Shown: positions 25,579 through 32,000 of the stretch, in pieces
Layout of the letters: every line of letters begins with the position of its first letter
Position numbering within the stretch: position 1 is the stretch's first letter
Assembly (NCBI RefSeq): GCF_050235535.1
Contig: NZ_CP189852.1
Coordinates: 5,056,278-5,088,277 of the forward strand
Source of the DNA: Aliinostoc sp. HNIBRCY26
GTDB taxonomy: Bacteria; Cyanobacteriota; Cyanobacteriia; Cyanobacteriales; Nostocaceae
DNA length: 32,000 nt
Direction of reading: 5' to 3'
The notes under the pieces: model-generated
The model's input: only the letters and a program-made list of their open reading frames with translations
Database searches by the model: none
What the model was told of the DNA's origin: nothing
Position numbers and translations under genes: made by a program

Positions 25579-26280
25579 CTAGGGTACAAAAGCCAACACA
25601 CCCACAGGAGAACCCGAACCACCACGTAATCTAAGAACTGCGATCGCTAATGTAGTACCTTTGGGCGGTAACTGGTCTAAATTGGTCAAATTTTCTAACA
25701 CAATACCAGACTTTGCCAAAACTAGACGGTTAGTTGCAAAGCTACTATCAATTCCAGGATCTACACCATGTGTATCAATTCCCACGCCTGCAATTTGCCG
25801 TTGATTGAGTAAAAATTCTGTAGCATAACTGCTAAACCCTGGAAAGTGCATCATCCCTCCAGCATCTTGATTTAAAAAGGCCTGTTTGTCTCCCCATTTA
25901 TGTTGCCAACCTGTGTAAAGTAGCACTACACTACCGCTTTCAATTTGGCCATATTCTCCTTCCCAAGCCAAAATATCAGCAATAGTTAAGGTGTAATCAG
26001 AATTATCAGCCGTAACTTGACTAATATCAATCACTATCGTCGGCAAAACCAATGATTCCGCAGGGTATTGATCAATACCGGCACCATACGTCAAAAAGCT
26101 ATTAGGGGCGTTAATATGAGTAGCACTATGTTCACCTAACGAAAAACCCCGCAAATAATAGCCATCATCAGGAATTTCCGCCACAGTTGTAAACTTTACT
26201 GGCGGATCACCTGGCCATTGAGGGATATATTCATCAATGACATGACTAAGGTGTATAACTCTGGAATAGGTGATTTGCAT
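25579..26280 (-). CDS. Cyclase-family protein (putative cyclase / kynurenine formamidase-like fold)
   Basis: 233-aa ORF. Its overall pattern resembles PF04199-type proteins (LSH.I....P.WPGDP, GEHSATHINAPNSF, LLYTGW, GVGIDTHGVDP). The signature motif is divergent (see findings). Confidence 0.75.
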   Translation of the reverse strand: MQITYSRVIHLSHVIDEYIPQWPGDPPVKFTTVAEIPDDGYYLRGFSLGEHSATHINAPNSFLTYGAGIDQYPAESLVLPTIVIDISQVTADNSDYTLTIADILAWEGEYGQIESGSVVLLYTGWQHKWGDKQAFLNQDAGGMMHFPGFSSYATEFLLNQRQIAGVGIDTHGVDPGIDSSFATNRLVLAKSGIVLENLTNLDQLPPKGTTLAIAVLRLRGGSGSPVGVLAFVP

Positions 26281-26302
26281 AAAAGCAGAGAGTGAATAAA
26301 GG

Positions 26303-26376
26303 TTCGTAGTAAGAACTTCAGTTCTCTCTACAAGACGCTCCGCGAACGAAAAAGGACTAAAGTCCTGACTACAAAC
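26303..26376. repeat. Two small dispersed hairpin repeats (TCGTAGTAAGAACTTCAGTTCTC; AAGGACTAAAGTCCTGACTACAAAC)
   Basis: These belong to the same GTAGT-AGGRC-TTTA-GYCCT family as 15868-15890, with the second copy in reverse orientation. Confidence 0.5.
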
Positions 26377-26467
26377 TGAATCAATTTAATTTTTTTCTTC
26401 CTAAAATCCGAAAACTCGTAACTGAGTTTTGTAGCTGAAGCATACAAGCTTTTAAACATTACTTCTT

Positions 26468-26848
26468 ATGAACACAAAAGCACTTTCAGCTATTTTAGCT
26501 ACAGTTACAGGAACCGCTTCCATATTAACTGCTACACTCGGAATCTCTCCTGCTGCCCACGCTGCAACCACACAATTTAGTTGTAGTGCTAAAAATGTAT
26601 ACATTGAGGTTTCTCGCCTCAACAATGGTACACTACGCTACGCAGCATATAATATCCCCACAACTCTACAACGTCCTAGTCTTTTACTCAATGGTGGCAC
26701 AGCCAGACGCGACGGCGATGGCAATATAGTTTACAGATTTAGAAATGGTAATTATCTGTATGCTGCTGTGCAAGATAGTGGTTACGGCAAAGTTTTGGTT
26801 TACAGAAATAATCGATTAATTGCTACAAACTATTGTGGTGATGTCTAA
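26468..26848 (+). CDS. Small secreted protein, unknown function
   Basis: 126-aa ORF with a plausible Sec signal (MNTKALSAILATVTGTASILTATLGISPAAHA/A). The mature part has two Cys residues (positions 39 and 123). Confidence 0.65.
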   Translation: MNTKALSAILATVTGTASILTATLGISPAAHAATTQFSCSAKNVYIEVSRLNNGTLRYAAYNIPTTLQRPSLLLNGGTARRDGDGNIVYRFRNGNYLYAAVQDSGYGKVLVYRNNRLIATNYCGDV

Positions 26849-26850
26849 TA

Positions 26851-26885
26851 CAATTCGCAATTCGCAATTCGCAATTCGCAATTCA
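26851..26885. repeat. CAATTCG heptamer array (4 perfect + 1 imperfect)
   Basis: It starts 3 nt after the stop codon. Two further units lie at 27927-27940, right after the ho1 stop, and reverse-complement units at 29849-29869. Confidence 0.85.
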
Positions 26886-26979
26886 GACACCATCTGGGTT
26901 TCAAGCTTTGCATCTGTTTCCTAATTTTGGAGAATTTGGTCTAATACTAGTTACAGTCTAAATATTGCCTAATTTTACG

Positions 26980-27007
26980 AACCCAGATTTACAAAGTCTG
27001 GGTTTTT
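26980..27007 (+). terminator. Rho-independent-type terminator
   Basis: AACCCAGA-tttacaaag-TCTGGGTT is followed by TTTGAG. It lies downstream of the 126-aa gene and upstream of the ho1 promoter region. Confidence 0.6.
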
Positions 27008-27206
27008 GAGTGTGTCTATTTTACTCTGTTTAAGCAGACTCTGCCATGCCAACAGTATTTAGCTACTAGCTACTGGTTGTAATTGCTTAAAAATTTTTAA
27101 TATAAATTCTCATCAAATAGTTCTAATGTAACTTTTTAGTGGTATTTTTTAGCCGTTTGTAATTTACAACCCCGGCAGTTGAACCTTTAAAGTTGAGAAT
27201 TTTAGT

Positions 27207-27923
27207 ATGAGCAGCAATTTAGCAAACAAACTGCGTGTTGGTACAAAGAAAGCCCACACAATGGCAGAAAACGTGGGTTTTGTCAAATGCTTTTTAAAAG
27301 GAGTAGTAGAGAAAAGCTCTTACCGGAAGTTAGTGGCTAACTTCTACTACATCTACTCAGCGATGGAAGAGGAGATGGAAAAGCACTCCCAGCATCCGAT
27401 TGTTTCTAAAATTAACTTTACCCAACTCAACCGTAAGCATACCTTAGAACAAGACTTAAGTTACTACTATGGTGCTAACTGGCGGGAACAAGTCAAGTTA
27501 TCTCCAGCCGGGGAAGCTTATGTCAAACGCATTCGAGAAATTTCTGCTACCGAACCAGAATTATTAATTGCCCATTCTTACACCCGTTACTTGGGTGACT
27601 TATCTGGTGGACAAATTCTCAAAAACATTGCTGTAACAGCCATGAACCTCAATGATGGCCAAGGTACAGCCTTCTATGAATTTGCAGATATTACCGACGA
27701 GAAGGCATTTAAAGCAAAATATCGCCAAACTTTAGATGAACTACCTCTAGATGATGCCACAGGCGATCGCATTGTTGATGAAGCTAACGCCGCCTTTGGG
27801 ATGAACATGAAGATGTTCCAAGAACTAGAAGGTAACTTAATCAAAGCCATTGGTGTGATGTTGTACAACACCTTAACTCGTAAACGCACACGCGGTAGCA
27901 CTGAACTAGCAACTGCTGAGTAA
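27207..27923 (+). CDS. ho1: Heme oxygenase 1
   Basis: 238 aa, near-colinear with my memory of Synechocystis HO-1 (LR.GTKK.H.MAENVGFVKCFLKGVVEK.SYRKLV, HSYTRYLGDLSGGQILK, DEAN.AF.MNMKMF.ELEGNLIKAIG). Confidence 0.93.
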   Translation: MSSNLANKLRVGTKKAHTMAENVGFVKCFLKGVVEKSSYRKLVANFYYIYSAMEEEMEKHSQHPIVSKINFTQLNRKHTLEQDLSYYYGANWREQVKLSPAGEAYVKRIREISATEPELLIAHSYTRYLGDLSGGQILKNIAVTAMNLNDGQGTAFYEFADITDEKAFKAKYRQTLDELPLDDATGDRIVDEANAAFGMNMKMFQELEGNLIKAIGVMLYNTLTRKRTRGSTELATAE

Positions 27924-28002
27924 TATCAATTCGCAATTCATTAAGGCTGAATTTCGGAGAATGGTAAAGAGTAAACTTTTGTAAAGTAAGTTTAAGTAAA
28001 AT

Positions 28003-28066
28003 TTAGGGGCAAACTCCCCAGGTTCTTCTGCTTTTAGCAGATGTTCTTGAGGAAGTTGCCCCTAAT
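28003..28066 (+). terminator. Long imperfect hairpin downstream of ho1
   Basis: TTTAGGGGCAA (28003-28013) pairs with TTGCCCCTAA(T) (28056-28066). An inner TCTGC-tttta-GCAGA stem is present. There is no clear U-tract. Confidence 0.35.
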
Positions 28067-28364
28067 GTTTTGGGCTATATGATTGCTTTAGTTGAGTCGG
28101 AGTCAAAGAGATAATGTAATTATGTAATTACATTTACATTATTATTGAATATTTATATAAACGGCTCTTCCGTAGGTGTTATGCTAAAATTTAAACTCAA
28201 ATTAGGGATTTGCCTTTAAAATCAAGGGTTTCAGGCAGTTCAAGCCTAGATTTTCTCCCAAAATCTAAAACGTCAAGATTAAAAGCTGTCTTCCTTGCCC
28301 AGCAAAGGATATGAGCTAATTTATAGACATTTTCAGCATAACAAGTAATGAAGAACCATATAAA

Positions 28365-28784
28365 CTACATTTTAGGACTTACTTTGTCCATAAACTGACG
28401 AAAATTTTTATTGCATAATTTTTCATCAAGAAAATCAATTTCAGTTAAAATGTCTATAAACTGTGACAAATACCCATACTCTTGGATATTCTCGCTTTCT
28501 TGATTGACCTGTGTAGGTGAGCTTGTGTTTTTACAACCTAGAGTATAGTAATCAATACCGTTTTGTGCTTTTGATCTCAGCTTATCTATTTCACTTGATA
28601 ATTCTTTTATTTTTTCATCAAATGAATTAATAATGTTTAAAGGATTAAAGTTATTTTTTATAAGGATATTAAATACATCCTTGGGATTCAGAAAATTTGG
28701 AATTGAGTTAACTTCATTCTCTAGATATATCAACTTTTTTTTAATGTCATTCACTAATTTTTCATAAGCTGCATTTCTTTCCAT
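28365..28784 (-). CDS. Hypothetical 139-aa Asn/Lys/Glu-rich helical protein (AT-rich cassette, gene 2)
   Basis: ORF in a visibly low-GC segment with no TM helix and no motif I recognise. It lies 45 nt downstream of the 164-aa ORF on the same strand. Confidence 0.55.
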   Translation of the reverse strand: MERNAAYEKLVNDIKKKLIYLENEVNSIPNFLNPKDVFNILIKNNFNPLNIINSFDEKIKELSSEIDKLRSKAQNGIDYYTLGCKNTSSPTQVNQESENIQEYGYLSQFIDILTEIDFLDEKLCNKNFRQFMDKVSPKM

Positions 28785-28829
28785 CTTTTAGCCACTCACA
28801 AAAAATACTTATATTTTAATAAAATTAAA

Positions 28830-29324
28830 TTAAGAGCGAGAAAAAGGTAATAACTTTCTTAAAAAAGACGGTAGAAAATGCTTTTCGACGATTTCACTAA
28901 ATTGCCACTGTAAAACTGAATTTGAAATTTCTTTAATATTTCCTAATATTTGATTTATAAAATCAAGAGCTTGAATCCACAGATTGTCTCTCAAATTTTT
29001 ATATGTCTCATTATAACTTCTTTCAAGTTCTTCAAGTTTATCACGTAAATAGAACTGTTTTTTTTCTAGCTCATCTTTCTGCTCTTTTGAAATTAAATCT
29101 TGGATATCCTTCATTGTAGAGATTGTTTTTTCTACTTGATTAGCTTTTAACTTGCAGCGAACAATAGATTCTTTTTTGCTTTTTAGAGCATTATCTATTT
29201 CGAGAGCTTTGAATGTGAATTTATTTGTGTTATTGGATTTAACCTCTAATTCGTTCACACTGTCAACTTCTTGGCTTACTTGTGTGCTTAAAAATGTGAT
29301 TTTATCTTTCAGTTCGTTGTACAT
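28830..29324 (-). CDS. Hypothetical 164-aa coiled-coil protein (AT-rich cassette, gene 1)
   Basis: ORF with heptad-like K/E/L pattern. Its N-terminal segment LKDKITFLSTQVS resembles IKKKLIYLENEVNS of the downstream ORF. I recognise no family. Confidence 0.55.
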   Translation of the reverse strand: MYNELKDKITFLSTQVSQEVDSVNELEVKSNNTNKFTFKALEIDNALKSKKESIVRCKLKANQVEKTISTMKDIQDLISKEQKDELEKKQFYLRDKLEELERSYNETYKNLRDNLWIQALDFINQILGNIKEISNSVLQWQFSEIVEKHFLPSFLRKLLPFSRS

Positions 29325-29591
29325 GATTTGATTATTACCTGTAATATATGTATATTCAAGACATTAAATGAACTAAACAAACAATGACATTTTCAGTATA
29401 ATTTTACTCACATCTTGCACCAACCGTAGATACCCTTAAAAAGAAGATCAACAGCATAAAAGTATAAAAATAATCAATTATAGGAGAGCGATTTTTTCGG
29501 GGGAGATGGGCAAGAATTAAGCAAGGGGTTTAAACATCAATCATCCCAAAGACCTTGAAACTTGGTAGACGCAAGTTCGGTAAAAATCGAA

Positions 29592-29805
29592 GCATTTCGC
29601 TTTGATGTCGTCATACTCCCATAAACCGCCAACCAAGGCGATCGCACTTTTAGCTCATTGGTGACTCAATGCCTTACCGTTGGTGCATTTCACTTCGATG
29701 TCGTGATAAATCTATTTCCCGCCCAAAACCGCGATCGCTCATTGGGTTAATTACTAGTTGAATGCCTTACCGTCGCTGCATTTCGCTCCGATATCGTCAT
29801 ACGGT
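29592..29805. repeat. ~93-nt tandem repeat, about 2.3 copies, each unit carrying a HIP1 site
   Basis: Units start with GCATTTC at 29592, 29685 and 29777. Shared blocks are GCATTTCRCTYYGATRTCGTSATA, GCGATCGC, CTCATTGG and AATGCCTTACCGT. Confidence 0.7.
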
Positions 29806-29874
29806 TATGCAATTTTGCTTTAAACACCCCCACATCATCAGCAGCATTGCGAATTGGGAATTGGGCATTGGGGA

Positions 29875-29915
29875 GGCAGTGCGTTACTTTGGTTTCCAAA
29901 GTTGTAGCAACTGCC
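29875..29915 (-). terminator. Nested hairpin 43 nt downstream of the groEL stop
   Basis: The outer stem is GGCAGT/ACTGCC (29875-29880 with 29910-29915). The inner perfect stem is ACTTTGG-ttt-CCAAAGT (29886-29902). There is no U-tract. Confidence 0.35.
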
Positions 29916-29957
29916 GTCATTGGGTAGTTTCCCATGCCCCATGCCTCATGCGCGATA

Positions 29958-31690
<1,733 letters not shown>

Positions 31691-31789
31691 CTACCTAAAC
31701 ATTCCAAATCACATCTGAAAATCAAAAAAATTGAGTAATATACACTTGATGCTCATGTAGGATACTGGCAGTAATGGTTAAATCGGGAG

Positions 31790-32000
31790 ATGGTTCTGAA
31801 CTTAGAGAACTCCCTTAAGCTGATTGGCATTGCTAGCCCTAGCGGCACCGGCTGGTTAGCAGTAGTGTTTACATTTATCTTGGCTTGGTTAGTTACTTGG
31901 CGTTTAATCCCCACAGTACGTAAATTTGCTTTGCGGGTAGGTTGGGCTGACCAACCGAACGCCAGAAGACTCAACCGAGAACCTTTACCAAATGCAGGAG
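31790..32000 (+). CDS. N-terminus of a glycosyltransferase family 4 protein (WecA/MraY-like undecaprenyl-phosphate sugar-phosphate transferase), truncated by the window end
   Basis: From the ATG at 31790 the translation reads [73 protein letters not shown] helix followed by the A.DxP..R..H/N..P.P..GG pattern is typical of this family. The frame is open to the window end. Confidence 0.6.
   Translation, partial: MVLNLENSLKLIGIASPSGTGWLAVVFTFILAWLVTWRLIPTVRKFALRVGWADQPNARRLNREPLPNAG

Noticed and set aside
25374-25625. 83-aa ORF overlapping the ROCO-TIR paralogue 2 start and the cyclase gene end
   Set aside because: It overlaps two well-supported genes in another frame and runs through short AAATCCA repeats. 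It has no independent support.
28113-28134. 22-bp palindrome AATGTAATTA-tg-TAATTACATT as an operator or terminator
   Set aside because: It is a pure A/T palindrome in very AT-rich DNA, is not adjacent to a promoter I can define, and could easily arise by chance.
31753-31974. 73-aa ORF on the minus strand
   Set aside because: It is antisense to the much better supported N-terminus of a GT4 WecA/MraY-like transferase on the + strand.

Overview
This 32-kb chromosomal segment reads as a filamentous heterocyst-forming cyanobacterium of the Nostoc/Anabaena type. I infer that from very frequent HIP1 GCGATCGC sites, STRR heptamer arrays (CCCCAAT/CCCCAGT, CAATTCG, CAGTTAT), small dispersed hairpin repeats, and gene content. 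I can support about 21 protein genes and no rRNA, tRNA or CRISPR. Core genes are: alaS, a pseudo-receiver GGDEF diguanylate cyclase, an M41-like membrane metalloprotease homologue, a DUF4336-like protein, an overlapping two-gene membrane pair, sucrose synthase susA, a PG-binding protein, recQ, a cyclase/kynurenine-formamidase-family protein, a small secreted protein, heme oxygenase ho1, a stand-alone groEL2 with a perfect CIRCE operator, and the start of a GT4 (WecA/MraY-like) transferase. The accessory part spans about 15.3-25.6 kb. It holds two paralogous giant LRR-Roc-COR-TIR (ROCO-TIR) genes of 1020 and 1331 aa in the same orientation. Between them lies a repeat-dense spacer with a 10 x 20-bp tandem array, nested GATC-ended palindromic elements, and a DUF559 (Vsr-like endonuclease) gene enclosed by ~80-bp inverted repeats. 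The ROCO-TIR pair combines an LRR sensor, a GTPase switch and a TIR domain with an intact catalytic-Glu context. It is my top candidate for an uncharacterised NLR-like immune or abortive-infection module. A second candidate is a markedly AT-rich two-gene cassette (139- and 164-aa coiled-coil proteins of no recognisable family) bounded by a 16-nt direct repeat between ho1 and groEL2. All family assignments come from reading the translations and from memory of families. No database search or statistics were run.
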